From assembly GCA_040222015.1 (NCBI GenBank), contig JAVJWO010000028.1, positions 1 to 64,000 of the forward strand: 64,000 nucleotides of DNA, given 5' to 3'. Position 1 is the stretch's first letter. Every line of letters starts with the position of its first letter. A program made the position numbers and the translations under genes. This document shows, piece after piece, positions 30,924-41,814 of the stretch. The notes under the pieces are model-generated. The model was not told the DNA's origin. It ran no database searches and worked only from the letters and a program-made list of their open reading frames with translations. The DNA is from Coleofasciculus chthonoplastes F2-STO-03. GTDB taxonomy: Bacteria; Cyanobacteriota; Cyanobacteriia; Cyanobacteriales; Coleofasciculaceae.

Positions 30924-33317
30924 GTGAAGCGCATGAATAAACCGTGGAGTCGGGTTTGCCGGATTGTAGCCGCAACCTGTCCCATGGTATCGTTAATGGT
31001 GATTACCCCGAATGTAGCGTGGTCGAGCATGGTGCAACTCGATACCCATCCCCAGGATACAACCATTACTACTGTTGCCCAGAATACATCTGGGACTGGG
31101 AGTTTGGACTATACCCGACAATTTAACCAAGAACTTCAACAAATTGGACAGATATCCCCGCAAGCCTTTCAGCAGCGATACGCCAGTCAAGCTGAGTATT
31201 TGCCTCAAATTAGTTGGGATGTGACGACGGCGAAGTTTTGGGATGAATTTAATTTATCACCAGAGGATATTTCTCGGCGGTATCGGGATCAGATAATTCC
31301 CATTCAACCTCGTGATGACTTTCGCCTGAATGCGGAAGAATTAGCGATTTTTCAACGTAATGGCTTTGTCGTCAGTGAACGGATGAGCGCTCCTAGCTTT
31401 GCCGCTATATTTTATAACATTTATAGTCGGGATTTGCCTGTGTTTGTCTCTAGTGATGCGTTACTTCATGCATGGCATCGGTCTTATGATGCTATGTTGG
31501 AGGAATTAGAAGCCGAGTATTTGGCGCGATCGCTGGATGAAATCTTAGCGGGTATGGCGCAGAGGCTGCCTCAATTACGGCAGGAATATGGTACTGGTGT
31601 ATTAGAGGAGAGTATCCTTGATGCCGATTATTTTATCGCCGTGGCGCGATCGCTACTTTCCGGGAATCGAGTCAGAACCTATTTTAACCAGAATAGTCGC
31701 GTCGCTGAAACCCTTGATGCTATTGAATCTGGGCAGCTTCAGGAGTTTAACTTATTTGGACGCGATCGCAGCGTTGATTTTTCCCAGTTTAAACCCCGTG
31801 GGCATTATGAAAAATCAGAGGCGCTGAAACAGTATTTTCGGGCAATGATCTGGTGTGGCAGAATTGATCTGCGGATTGCCGGGAATCTAGAGGAAGCTTC
31901 ACCACGGGAATTGGGTATTGCGATTATCCTGAATCATCTCCTCAACCAATCCGGTAAATTCTCCCAATGGCAACAGTTTGACCAAATGTTGCAAACCTTT
32001 GTCGGTCAAACGGATTCCATGACGTTTGCCGAATTGAATGATTTCTTGGCACAAAATACGATTAAATCCCCCACAGATATCAAGACATTATCCACCCTGG
32101 AACAACTGCAAGCTGATATTTTAGCCACGCCATTAGGGTTGCAAAGCATTCGGGGAGATTCCTATCAATCACCTCCAGGTTCCCAGCAAATTCAACTTCC
32201 CCGCAGCTTTACCCTTCTTGGTCAAAAATTCGTCTTAGATAGCTGGGTATTGAGTAAGGTGGTTTATGATGACATTCTCTGGGATGGAGAGAAAGTACCA
32301 CGTCGTATTCCCAGTAGTTTAGATGTGGCGTTTGCCGCGTTAGGTAATAATCAGATTGTCCCCGAATTAGTGGATCGGATGACGAATAGAGGAGGGCGTC
32401 AATTTAGAGATGGACTCAATTATCAACATCACTTAGCTGCTGTCAAAACCGTTGTGGATCAGCAAAATTCCACCATCTGGGAACAAAACATCTACCTAAA
32501 TTGGTTAGCCACATTACGGGAACTTTCAACACCAACCACCGAAGCGAAATACCCCGAAGCAATGCGGACAAAAGCCTGGGCAATGAAAACCCTAAATACC
32601 CAATTAGCCTCTTGGACGCAGTTACGCCACGACACGATTTTATATGCCAAACAATCCTACACCGGTGGAACTCGTTGCTTTTACCCCGCCGGATTTGTTG
32701 AACCCAGACCAGAATTTTGGGAACGGTTTGAGAGGATGGTACAGTTATCCGCCAAACAGATTAATCAAACCAGTTTTCCCGGTTCATCTCGCCAGATTCA
32801 GGAACAACAAGTCGAATTTTTAGAGAACTTTGCGGAAAAATTAGCCATCCTGAAAGGCATTGCCACCAAGGAATTGGCACAGCAGGAACTTAGCCAAGCT
32901 GAGACTCAATTCCTCAGAAATATTGTGGAAATCGATGGCGGTTCAGGAGGTCCTTATTACAGGGGTTGGTATCCGTCTTTATTCTACGAAGAACCAAAGG
33001 ATTCTAATAGTTGGGATGCCATTGTTGCCGATGTACATACGGATGTTCCCGATCCCGTTTTTGGTGATCCGGGGGCGGTACTGCACCAAGGAGTAGGGAA
33101 TGTAGATTTGCTGATGATTGCGGTGGATAATGGTGAAGACAAAATGGTGTATGCTGGACCCGTGTTAAGCTATTATGAATTTCAAATGCCGGGAGTTGTT
33201 CGCAAATCGGATAGTGAATGGCAGAATGATATTAAGGAGGGAAATGTTCCTCCGCGTCCCGAGTGGACGGAGGGTTATCTGGTGCCAGGGAAAGAGGAAA
33301 GACAATCTCGGTTTTAA
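30924..33317 (+). CDS. DUF3160 domain exported protein
   Basis: PVFVSSDALLH, DFSQFKPRGHY, LASWTQLRHDTILYAKQSY, GFVEP, VADVHTD, GPVLSYYEF. Confidence 0.88.
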   Translation: MKRMNKPWSRVCRIVAATCPMVSLMVITPNVAWSSMVQLDTHPQDTTITTVAQNTSGTGSLDYTRQFNQELQQIGQISPQAFQQRYASQAEYLPQISWDVTTAKFWDEFNLSPEDISRRYRDQIIPIQPRDDFRLNAEELAIFQRNGFVVSERMSAPSFAAIFYNIYSRDLPVFVSSDALLHAWHRSYDAMLEELEAEYLARSLDEILAGMAQRLPQLRQEYGTGVLEESILDADYFIAVARSLLSGNRVRTYFNQNSRVAETLDAIESGQLQEFNLFGRDRSVDFSQFKPRGHYEKSEALKQYFRAMIWCGRIDLRIAGNLEEASPRELGIAIILNHLLNQSGKFSQWQQFDQMLQTFVGQTDSMTFAELNDFLAQNTIKSPTDIKTLSTLEQLQADILATPLGLQSIRGDSYQSPPGSQQIQLPRSFTLLGQKFVLDSWVLSKVVYDDILWDGEKVPRRIPSSLDVAFAALGNNQIVPELVDRMTNRGGRQFRDGLNYQHHLAAVKTVVDQQNSTIWEQNIYLNWLATLRELSTPTTEAKYPEAMRTKAWAMKTLNTQLASWTQLRHDTILYAKQSYTGGTRCFYPAGFVEPRPEFWERFERMVQLSAKQINQTSFPGSSRQIQEQQVEFLENFAEKLAILKGIATKELAQQELSQAETQFLRNIVEIDGGSGGPYYRGWYPSLFYEEPKDSNSWDAIVADVHTDVPDPVFGDPGAVLHQGVGNVDLLMIAVDNGEDKMVYAGPVLSYYEFQMPGVVRKSDSEWQNDIKEGNVPPRPEWTEGYLVPGKEERQSRF

Positions 33318-33574
33318 CGGGTTTGTAGTAAGGGCTTTAGCCCTAAATTTTGGGGGCGCAAGCCTTGCGCCCCTACCTGCCTTTTGCCATGTCAATAAAA
33401 CCGACTTAGACAATTTTCATCAATCAAAACGATTACATTTATTGACATAGGATGTGATCGTGTTTAGCGCCCCGACAAAAATCAGTCAACATTAGCCGTG
33501 TAGGGGCGACCCGCCTGCATTAATCAAAAACACCAATCTATTCAAGTTAGTCGGGTTGTCCTCCACTACAATTT

Positions 33575-33744
33575 GGTGGGTTACGGCGGATAGTTCATTT
33601 ATAGCAACCGCCATAGCGGTTAGGACACATCATTTATGTAGAGACGTTGCATGCAACGTCTCTACAATGGTGCCGAACGTCCTAATCGATGTGTCTACTG
33701 CTATAACGGCTACGTACCATCATTTAGTTCCCGCCTAACCCACC
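33575..33744. mobile_element. Nested REPIN > TATAGCA-ended MITE (33600-33705) > 28-bp palindromic REP (33638-33665)
   Basis: ggtgggttacggcgg...ccgcctaacccacc arms; tatagca...tgctata; gtagagacgttgcatgcaacgtctctac (identical copies at 49537 and 58072). Confidence 0.7.
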
Positions 33745-33961
33745 CGACAAAGACTGGTAATTCCATCAAATTAATTGGCTTGGTGTAAGATAACCATTTT
33801 CACGTTTAGCCATCTCCCCTCGGTGCGTTTGCAGTCAAAGCATCCGGTTCGCGATCGCTTTCGCTGGGAACTGTATAGGAGAACCTATTGTGCTTTCCGA
33901 TATCATGGTATCCCTAACCCCCAGCATTTACCCCCAGGTAATCCTACCCAACACCACTCCC

Positions 33962-36457
33962 ATGGCTAGTGAACCCCTCGACTACTCCTTTCTCTTACTC
34001 ACCCATCTAGTCTGTGCCGATCGCCAAATTCATCGGGAAGAGTCGAAACTCTTGCATGAATTGGCAGATCAAACTCAGGTGGGACAACAGACTATCCAAG
34101 AAATGGAGAAAATTCTCGCCCAAGAGAAAACCATCCTCCCTGTCGAGAACATCGCCCAGCAAATCCCCCCCGAACAGCAACAGGAAGCGATGCAGCAACT
34201 CCTGGCGCTGGCTTATGTAGATGGACTCTTTTCCCCCTTAGAACGGCAAATGATCGCACAGGTGGCACAGATTTGGCACTGGGATGCGACAGAGGTGGAA
34301 CAGATGGTGACTCAAGCCCAAACCCTGCAAGCCAACCGGAAAAAAGATAGGGATTCTCACACCGAGAAACTCTCACTCAGCGCGATTTTACTCATGGGTG
34401 CAGAGTCTATCTTATCCCGAACTTTAATCGCTAAACTTGCCACCTTCGCCCCCGAAACTCTGGGACGCCGCATTGTTCAATTGCAACGGCAAATCCTTTT
34501 AGCCGGACCCGACTACGAAGAAGCGGTACAACAAAATAGCATTATCGCCAGGGAAGATTATCGCTTCACTGAAACCGCACTCACGGATACTGAGTCCACG
34601 TTAATCGGCTTAAATCAAACCCTAAAACTCACCCTAGAAAACCTCCAGAAAACCATTCATCAGCAGCCGACGAACCCAACCACGCAAGAACTGATCAATC
34701 AATTCAACCAAACCCAACAAACCCTAGCCGCCGAAATTGGAGAAGAACTGGACATTGTACGTGAATCCCTCTGGGCAAAACAACGCGCCTTACACCATTT
34801 TAGTCTGGCGGTTATGGGAAAAACCAAAGTCGGCAAAAGTACCCTCCATGCAATTATTATTGGTGAAGGCTGGGAAGCGATTGGTAGTGGGGGACAACGC
34901 ACGACTCGCTTTAATCGAGTGTATGATTGGAAAAATATTCGCATTATCGATACCCCCGGAATTGGCGCACCAGGGGGGAAAACGGAAGAGGAAATTCTCG
35001 AAAGTGTGATTGAAGAATCCGATCTCATTTGTTATATCGTCACCAATGACAGCATCCAAGAAACCGAGTTTCAATTCTTGCAGCAGTTAAAAGCCAAGGC
35101 AAAACCCTTAATTATTCTGCTCAACCTGAAATATAATCTGCGTGATCCGCGTCGCTTAGACTATTTCTTAAAAAATCCCGATAAACTCTTTACCCTAGAA
35201 GGAAGTAGTGGGATTGGCGGACATATCGATCGCATCCGTCGTTATGCCCAAAACCATTATGCCAACGACTATTTTGATATTATTCCCGTCATGCTGCTGG
35301 CGGCGCAAATGGCAAGCGAACCAGAACACCAACCTAATCAGGATAAACTACTCAAAGCCAGTCGCATTCAGGACTTTTTAGACTCCATCCGCGAATCCCT
35401 AGTTAAGCATGGCGCGATTCGGCGATCGCAAACGCTTCTGGGTTCGACTGTGGGTACGGTTGAACGCCCCTACCACTGGATGAGTCAGAAACGTCAAAGC
35501 TATCAACAATTGAGTGCTACTCTCACCCGTCAACGGGAAACCTTGCAGGCGCAAATCAAAACGGCGGGTAAGGATCATCTGGAATTCCTCCAGTATCAAA
35601 TTGGCAGCATTTTTCAAGATATTTTCAATAGTTTACCGGATTTTGCTGAATCCAATTGGAACTTCAGTCAGGAAAGCTTAAGACAAAATTGGGACTATAA
35701 ACTGCAAGCGCTGCAAATTGATGATCGCCTGCAATATGCCTATCAAACGACGGTGCAAAACTTCAATCGTGATGTAGAAATTGCTTTATCTGAACTGGGA
35801 ACCGATTTACAATTAATGGCTCATAGTGGTGGGCATGATTTCCAATTTTTTCCGAATCCTGCTGATCTGTACAGTGATAATGCCGCACAAATTGGCGGGA
35901 TTTTCTTGAGACTCTCCCAAACCCCGGTGACTCATTTTAGTCCCCCGGTGAACAAAACGGTGATGATGGGAGCAGTTGTGCTGAATAGCATTTTAGGTAT
36001 TTTTACAACCCGCGAACAAAAACGCAATTTTGCCGTTCAACGGTTGTCTAAGTTATTAGCCCCTCAAATCAGAGCCAGTCAGCGCCAAATTGAGGAACAA
36101 GTAGCTAATAATTTCCGCGAGTATTATCGCCATGCAGCGGGGAGCATTATGCGGTATATCGAGGGGCTGATTCAAGAGTTTGAGCTAATTTCTCAGCAGT
36201 TTAATCAGCCGCAGCAACAACTCAACCAGACGATTAATTTGCTTAATCGGGCGTATAGCAAGCGGATTGTTGATTGGTGTCAAAGCCACTATGAACCCTT
36301 AACTGAAGCCGGAATTAATAAAACAGTTACCCAAGTGAAACGGGAGTTTGGTAAACAGATTGATATTCAAACTAAATTTCAAGTCCGATATCATCTAGAC
36401 AGCCAGGAAATTAATCGAATTTTGCAAGAAGATGTGTTGATGCATCGGCTTCAGTAG
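33962..36457 (+). CDS. TerB-like domain fused to dynamin-like/MMR_HSR1 GTPase and helical stalk (ORF extends upstream to 33890)
   Basis: TerB motifs LVCADRQIHREE and LAYVDGLFSPLER; G1 GKTKVGKST, G2 RTT, G3 DTPG, G4-like NLK; long coiled coil. Confidence 0.8.
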   Translation: MASEPLDYSFLLLTHLVCADRQIHREESKLLHELADQTQVGQQTIQEMEKILAQEKTILPVENIAQQIPPEQQQEAMQQLLALAYVDGLFSPLERQMIAQVAQIWHWDATEVEQMVTQAQTLQANRKKDRDSHTEKLSLSAILLMGAESILSRTLIAKLATFAPETLGRRIVQLQRQILLAGPDYEEAVQQNSIIAREDYRFTETALTDTESTLIGLNQTLKLTLENLQKTIHQQPTNPTTQELINQFNQTQQTLAAEIGEELDIVRESLWAKQRALHHFSLAVMGKTKVGKSTLHAIIIGEGWEAIGSGGQRTTRFNRVYDWKNIRIIDTPGIGAPGGKTEEEILESVIEESDLICYIVTNDSIQETEFQFLQQLKAKAKPLIILLNLKYNLRDPRRLDYFLKNPDKLFTLEGSSGIGGHIDRIRRYAQNHYANDYFDIIPVMLLAAQMASEPEHQPNQDKLLKASRIQDFLDSIRESLVKHGAIRRSQTLLGSTVGTVERPYHWMSQKRQSYQQLSATLTRQRETLQAQIKTAGKDHLEFLQYQIGSIFQDIFNSLPDFAESNWNFSQESLRQNWDYKLQALQIDDRLQYAYQTTVQNFNRDVEIALSELGTDLQLMAHSGGHDFQFFPNPADLYSDNAAQIGGIFLRLSQTPVTHFSPPVNKTVMMGAVVLNSILGIFTTREQKRNFAVQRLSKLLAPQIRASQRQIEEQVANNFREYYRHAAGSIMRYIEGLIQEFELISQQFNQPQQQLNQTINLLNRAYSKRIVDWCQSHYEPLTEAGINKTVTQVKREFGKQIDIQTKFQVRYHLDSQEINRILQEDVLMHRLQ

Positions 36458-36653
36458 ATCAGGGAGCAATGTAGAGACGTAGCATGCTACGTCTGGGAGC
36501 AGGGGAAGCCATGTTCCAAGACGAGCCATGGAGCGTCTGTGTGTAGGGGCGGGTTTAGGGACTAATATTGATTGTTATCCCTAGCTTGGCTGCAAAACCC
36601 GCCCCAACCAAATGACATAAGACATAAGACATAAGACATAAGACGAATGACAA

Positions 36654-38327
36654 ATGACAAATCAATTTAAATCAGCGGTTGTCGCATCTAAGTTAACGAC
36701 AGCTTGTATGAAATTTGACAAATACCTGGTGAAAATAAATCGAACGCCTCTAACTAAAATTCGTCAAAAACTACGCCAGGAACTTAATACCTATCGCCAT
36801 CAGGGAATGCTGAGTGTTGTCGTAGTTGGACAATATGGGGCGGGAAAATCTACCCTGATTTCGGCGTTGACAGGGCGACGAGATATTGCTATTCATTCCG
36901 ATATTACAACGGATCAGATCAGCCGTTATAATTGGCAGGGAATTGAGGTCATTGATACACCTGGACTGTTTACAGAACGGCAGGATCATGATCAAATAAC
37001 CTATAGCGCGATCGCGAAAGCGGATTTGGTGATTTTCTGTCTCACCTCGATGCTGTTTGACGCGATAACGGTGGAAAATTTTAAGCAGTTAGCCTACCAT
37101 CAGGGCTATCGCTGGAAAATGATGCTGGTGATTAATAAAATGTCCGAGGAAGCGGGTGAGGATAGTGAAAAAATGGTGAACTACCGCCGCAGTTTAGCTG
37201 AAGCTTTACATCCCTATAATCTGGATGAATTTCCGATCTGTTTTATCGATGCCAAAGACTACTGTGAAGGAATCGATTCTGGGGATAAATTTCTCAGAGA
37301 CGTGAGTCGTTTTTCCACATTCATTCAGACATTGGATACCTGGGTCGAACAGCGAGGGTATTTGACTCGCTTTGATACCCCGATTCGCATCGCTTTAAGC
37401 TGTGTAGATGACGCGCAATTTGATATCAGTCGTACCACTCCCCAAGACTCCGTATTCTTAGAACTACTCACCCGCCTAACTCGTAGTCTACACCAAGAAC
37501 GCGATCGCCTGCGGACTAAAATTCAGGGGATAATTCTGCACCTATCTGCTGCGATTACTAAAGAAGGCGATACCCTGCAAGTAGCCTTGGGTAGTCAACT
37601 GAACTTTGAACAATTGACTCAGCGGACTGAACTAAATATCCAAAACCATTATGAACAAGCCTGCGAAAAAATAACCAATACTCTAAACCAGGCGATGATA
37701 TCCCTACACCAAACTATCGTAACACTACTAAAAGGAACTCTGGTGCAACTATTACTGGAATCGTGGGAACAGGCTAAACAGGATAATCACAATTCAGGCA
37801 ATTCTAAAAAGGCACAACGCATCCATCGTCAATTGTATTGGCTGAAAACCTTTAGGGATACCGTTGAGGCAATGTCAGAAAACTATCCCCAAAATTTAGC
37901 TGAGTTTCAAGTTAAACCTTGGCAGTCGGTAGAAGCGATGACTCCAATTATCCATATTTCCCACTTCTTAAGTTCGGCAACGATCATTTTCTCAGAGAAA
38001 CCTGAACCGGATACTGGGGAATTCCCAGCGGATAGAGAAAAGCAAATGAACGATATTATCCGTTATATTACCAGTCAATTTCAGGCAATTGCTAAACATC
38101 TAGAGAATCAAATTAATGCTCAACTCTGGACTGTAGAACAACAAACCTATCGAAAACTTGAGCAACAGATTAGTGTCAGACGTCAGCAGGAACTAGACGC
38201 GATCGCGGGTTCTAATAAAGACGTAAAACAATTAGCTGAAATTCGTCGTGACTTTGAGCGAATTTTGCAGTATATTAGCAAGGCGACAGTCAAGTCCTCG
38301 GCTTTCCCAGGAACGGGTGACGGCTGA
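36654..38327 (+). CDS. Dynamin-like GTPase, LeoA-like
   Basis: G1 GQYGAGKST, ITTD, G3 DTPG, G4 INKM, helical C-terminus; size and tandem position like LeoA. Confidence 0.72.
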   Translation: MTNQFKSAVVASKLTTACMKFDKYLVKINRTPLTKIRQKLRQELNTYRHQGMLSVVVVGQYGAGKSTLISALTGRRDIAIHSDITTDQISRYNWQGIEVIDTPGLFTERQDHDQITYSAIAKADLVIFCLTSMLFDAITVENFKQLAYHQGYRWKMMLVINKMSEEAGEDSEKMVNYRRSLAEALHPYNLDEFPICFIDAKDYCEGIDSGDKFLRDVSRFSTFIQTLDTWVEQRGYLTRFDTPIRIALSCVDDAQFDISRTTPQDSVFLELLTRLTRSLHQERDRLRTKIQGIILHLSAAITKEGDTLQVALGSQLNFEQLTQRTELNIQNHYEQACEKITNTLNQAMISLHQTIVTLLKGTLVQLLLESWEQAKQDNHNSGNSKKAQRIHRQLYWLKTFRDTVEAMSENYPQNLAEFQVKPWQSVEAMTPIIHISHFLSSATIIFSEKPEPDTGEFPADREKQMNDIIRYITSQFQAIAKHLENQINAQLWTVEQQTYRKLEQQISVRRQQELDAIAGSNKDVKQLAEIRRDFERILQYISKATVKSSAFPGTGDG

Positions 38328-38527
38328 TAGGTGTAACGTTGAATTAATTTTTATACAATAATTTACCTCATTTTTACGTAGATAAATTGGGGCAATTATC
38401 GCGGTTGGTTGTAGGGGCGAGTCGCTGCTCATCGTAGGCGGTGTTAGAATTAACCTGTCTCGACTCGCCCTTGTCTAAATGTAGGCGGTTAAGTTTAATT
38501 TTGTCGGATTAGTTCTGAATTGCTACT

Positions 38528-39136
38528 ATGGCATACAGCGATTTTTCATTGAATCAGGTAAAAAAGGTCTTTGGACTAACAGAACAAACTGTTCAGCTTT
38601 TCAGTAATGTTGCTACCTTAGAACCAAGTAACTGGCTACAGGAAACCCTTAGCTATAGCCTTAAGTTAGCCCTGGCTTCGTCCAGTGAAAAAGCAAGATC
38701 AGAATTTATTATTGCCCCAATTTTAATTGAGCTAGAGCGACGAAATCCGAATAAACTATCTATCTATTCTGGCGAAAATCTCGATGTAGACGAGGAGCAG
38801 GGGTTGAAAGGAGAATGTGATTTTATCTTGGCTAAAAGTCCAATTTCTTTGACCATGCAGGCTCCGATTATTTCTTTGGTAGAAGCGAAGAAAAGCGATA
38901 TCAAAGGGGGTTTAGGTCAGTGCATTGCTCAAATGTTGGGAGCGCAACGCTTTAACGAGCTAGAAGATAACTCAATTTCTGGGATTTACGGCTGTGTGAC
39001 CACGGGAGAAGACTGGCAATTTTTGAAGTTAAAGAACAATTGTATTTTTATGGATAACCAGCGATATTACATCAATGAACTGGAAAAACTGCTTGGCATT
39101 TTCCAATTTATTGTGGATAGTTACGAAACATCTTGA
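38528..39136 (+). CDS. Cyanobacterial PD-(D/E)XK-like (HsdR N-terminal-like) protein
   Basis: SEKARSEFII, ECDFIL...VEAKK, QCIAQM, YGCVTTGEDWQF. Confidence 0.65.
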   Translation: MAYSDFSLNQVKKVFGLTEQTVQLFSNVATLEPSNWLQETLSYSLKLALASSSEKARSEFIIAPILIELERRNPNKLSIYSGENLDVDEEQGLKGECDFILAKSPISLTMQAPIISLVEAKKSDIKGGLGQCIAQMLGAQRFNELEDNSISGIYGCVTTGEDWQFLKLKNNCIFMDNQRYYINELEKLLGIFQFIVDSYETS

Positions 39137-39419
39137 CAACCGTAGGGGCGGGTTTAGGGAATCAATTTAGCTAGTCAGAACTAACTGAATAACGAAACCC
39201 GCCCTGCCTCACCAATAATACCAAATAATACCCAATCCGCGTTTATAACCCGCTTTTGCCACGGCGATTAAAGCGGAATGTGGGTTACCACAGAATAAAC
39301 GGTTTTGACCTTTATGCTCACAAAAGCGAGATTGCTGACCGATTTGTCAGGCAACATCCGGTGATAAATGTTAATGTCGCATGGTTGATATGTAAAAATG
39401 TCATTTGTGTGCGGATTAT

Positions 39420-39461
39420 GTATCCTAAGTAACGAGATGAATTGGGTAGTCCCCATAGATT
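39420..39461 (+). promoter_or_regulatory. Possible NtcA-activated promoter upstream of cobA
   Basis: GTA-TCCTAAGT-AAC (variant box), 22 nt, then TAGATT (TA-N3-T). Confidence 0.35.
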
Positions 39462-39480
39462 ATAGGGATGAAGGATGAGA

Positions 39481-39622
39481 TAAGTAGGTCGGCACAATAA
39501 AAGGCGGGCGGTGGAGAACTCGCGTTCGCTCCAAGCAAGCTACGTCATTCGTCCTTTGTCAGGGGAAAGAGGTCTATTTACATCACTTAACATAGTTGAG
39601 TTTATTTCCACCAACCTACTTA
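39481..39622. mobile_element. MITE-like element with TAAGTAGGT termini
   Basis: taagtaggtcggcacaataaa ... tttatttccaccaacctactta imperfect TIRs. Confidence 0.6.
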
Positions 39623-39682
39623 TGAGATCCTTAAGCCTGGAACATGAGCGCATATATTAATTGAAATGAATGGTTTTATTGA

Positions 39683-40462
39683 ATGGTCATGAATCAACCT
39701 AACTATCTCGGTAAAGTCTATTTAGTCGGCGCGGGTCCTGGAGATCCTGGATTATTTACCCTGAAAGGTAAAACCTTGTTAGAATATGCTGATGTGGTAA
39801 TCTACGACGCTTTAGTCAGTGCGCCTATTTTGGCAATGATTAACCCAAATGCGGAAAAAATTAATGGCGGAAAACGGCGCGGGCGTCATTCCTTACCCCA
39901 GGAACAAACCACACAGTTGCTGATTGAAAAAGCCAAAACCCATGCCGTTGTGGTGCGCCTTAAGGGGGGTGATCCCTTTGTCTTTGGGCGCGGCGGGGAG
40001 GAAATGGAGGATTTAATCCAGGCGGGTGTATCGGTGGAAGTGGTTCCCGGTATTACCTCTGGGATTGCAGCACCTGCATACATAGGAATTCCCCTGACCC
40101 ATAGACAGTATAGTTCATCCGTGACCTTTGTCACCGGACACGAAGCGGTGGGTAAGTATCGCCCTGAAGTTAATTGGCAGGCGATCGCTCAGGGAAGTGA
40201 AACGATTGTAATCTATATGGGGGTGCATAATCTGGGCAATATCGTGGCGCACGTTATCGCGGCGGGACGTTCTCCAGACACCCCCGTGGCTTTAATTCGC
40301 TGGGGAACTACACCGCAGCAAGACTACTTAGTCGGAACCCTGGAAACTATTGTGCAGCAAGTGGACGCCACTGGATTTGAAGCCCCTGCGATCGCGGTTA
40401 TTGGTGATGTGGTTAATCTACAGCAAATTTTGAGCCAATGCCAACCTATAATTCTTAGTTAG
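39683..40462 (+). CDS. cobA: Uroporphyrinogen-III C-methyltransferase
   Basis: VYLVGAGPGDPGL, VVRLKGGDPFVFGRGGEE, VPGITS, FVTGH. Confidence 0.95.
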   Translation: MVMNQPNYLGKVYLVGAGPGDPGLFTLKGKTLLEYADVVIYDALVSAPILAMINPNAEKINGGKRRGRHSLPQEQTTQLLIEKAKTHAVVVRLKGGDPFVFGRGGEEMEDLIQAGVSVEVVPGITSGIAAPAYIGIPLTHRQYSSSVTFVTGHEAVGKYRPEVNWQAIAQGSETIVIYMGVHNLGNIVAHVIAAGRSPDTPVALIRWGTTPQQDYLVGTLETIVQQVDATGFEAPAIAVIGDVVNLQQILSQCQPIILS

Positions 40463-40484
40463 GATCACTGCATCGTGGAAATAG

Positions 40485-41627
40485 ATGGTCAATTCCGGGT
40501 CATCCACACCCAAAAACAGATTAATGCGCTGGTGGGAGTCCTTAACTCTCCCATCACGGTTATTGGTAATCGCCTTGGCTGCACCCTTGACGGTGTTGAA
40601 TGCCTGGGCATTTTCGGAAATTTTCGCCTATTTTCAATCCCTACTGGTCACGGTGTTAGCGGCTTCCCTGTTAGCGTTCCTATTAAACTATCCGGTAAGC
40701 TGGTTAGAAACCCTGGGAATTAAGCGAGGATTAGCCGCGTTATTCGTGTTTTTAGTGGCGCTATTGCTGTTGTTTGCGATTGGCGTGACGCTGTTTCCCT
40801 TGGTGATTACTCAAGCCCAACAATTGGTGAGTCGTTTACCCGAATGGTTCGATTCCGGGCGGCGTCAGTTGATAATGTTGGATCACAGGTTGGAAGATTT
40901 AAACTTACCGATTAGCCTGGATGGTTTAATTATTCAAATCAATGACCGCTTGAAGGGACAACTGCAAGTTATTGCCTCTCAAACCTTGAACATAACTCTA
41001 AATTTAGCGGTGTTTACGGCAACTAAGGTTTTGGATGTGTTATTAACGATTATTTCCACATTCTATTTACTCCAGCATGGTCGTGAAGTCTGGCGTAGTT
41101 TAATTGAATGGTTACCCAAGAACGTCCAGGAATCGGCGTCAAATACCCTACGGTTAAGCTTCCAAAACTATTTTATCGGGCAGATTATTATTGCTACTTG
41201 TATGGCGTCGGGGTTAATTTCGCTATTTGTCTTGCTTAAAGTTCCATTTGGGTTGTTATTTGGCTTTACGATTGGAGTTATGGCACTGGTTCCCTTTGGC
41301 GGTTCGGTGGGGATAGCTTTAGTGACGCTACTTGTGGCTTTGCGAGATATTGGTTTGGGGGTTCAAGTATTAGCAGTGGCGGTGGTTTTTCAGCAACTTG
41401 TGGAAAATTTATTAGCGCCGAGAATTTTTGGCCGTGTTACGGGATTAAATCCGTTTTGGGTGTTTATTTCTCTGTTAATTGGGGTAAGAGTGGGGGGATT
41501 GTTGGGGGTGATTGTGGCGGTACCCACGGCTGTTGTGGTGAAGGAGGCGTTGATTGAGGTAAGAAAGGCGAGAAAGGATCGGAATATGGAGGTGACTCCA
41601 GCGGCTGAGTTGGTTCAAGATGTGTAG
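40485..41627 (+). CDS. AI-2E family transporter
   Basis: LAFLLNYPV, YFIGQ, LVPFGG, ENLLAPRIFG, GVIVAVP. Confidence 0.88.
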   Translation: MVNSGSSTPKNRLMRWWESLTLPSRLLVIALAAPLTVLNAWAFSEIFAYFQSLLVTVLAASLLAFLLNYPVSWLETLGIKRGLAALFVFLVALLLLFAIGVTLFPLVITQAQQLVSRLPEWFDSGRRQLIMLDHRLEDLNLPISLDGLIIQINDRLKGQLQVIASQTLNITLNLAVFTATKVLDVLLTIISTFYLLQHGREVWRSLIEWLPKNVQESASNTLRLSFQNYFIGQIIIATCMASGLISLFVLLKVPFGLLFGFTIGVMALVPFGGSVGIALVTLLVALRDIGLGVQVLAVAVVFQQLVENLLAPRIFGRVTGLNPFWVFISLLIGVRVGGLLGVIVAVPTAVVVKEALIEVRKARKDRNMEVTPAAELVQDV

Positions 41628-41814
41628 GGGTGCAAGGCTTGCGCCCAGAAAGGCTGTAGGCTCAAATCTGTTAGTCACTATATTTTTTTAACGCAGAGAA
41701 CGCAGAGGTTTACGCAGAGAACGCAGAGGGGGTTAGTGGTGTATGGCAATCGGTTGTAAGTTTAAGGCTAAGGTTCCCTGACTACGAACGTAAGGTAAGA
41801 TTTGATCAGAGTTT

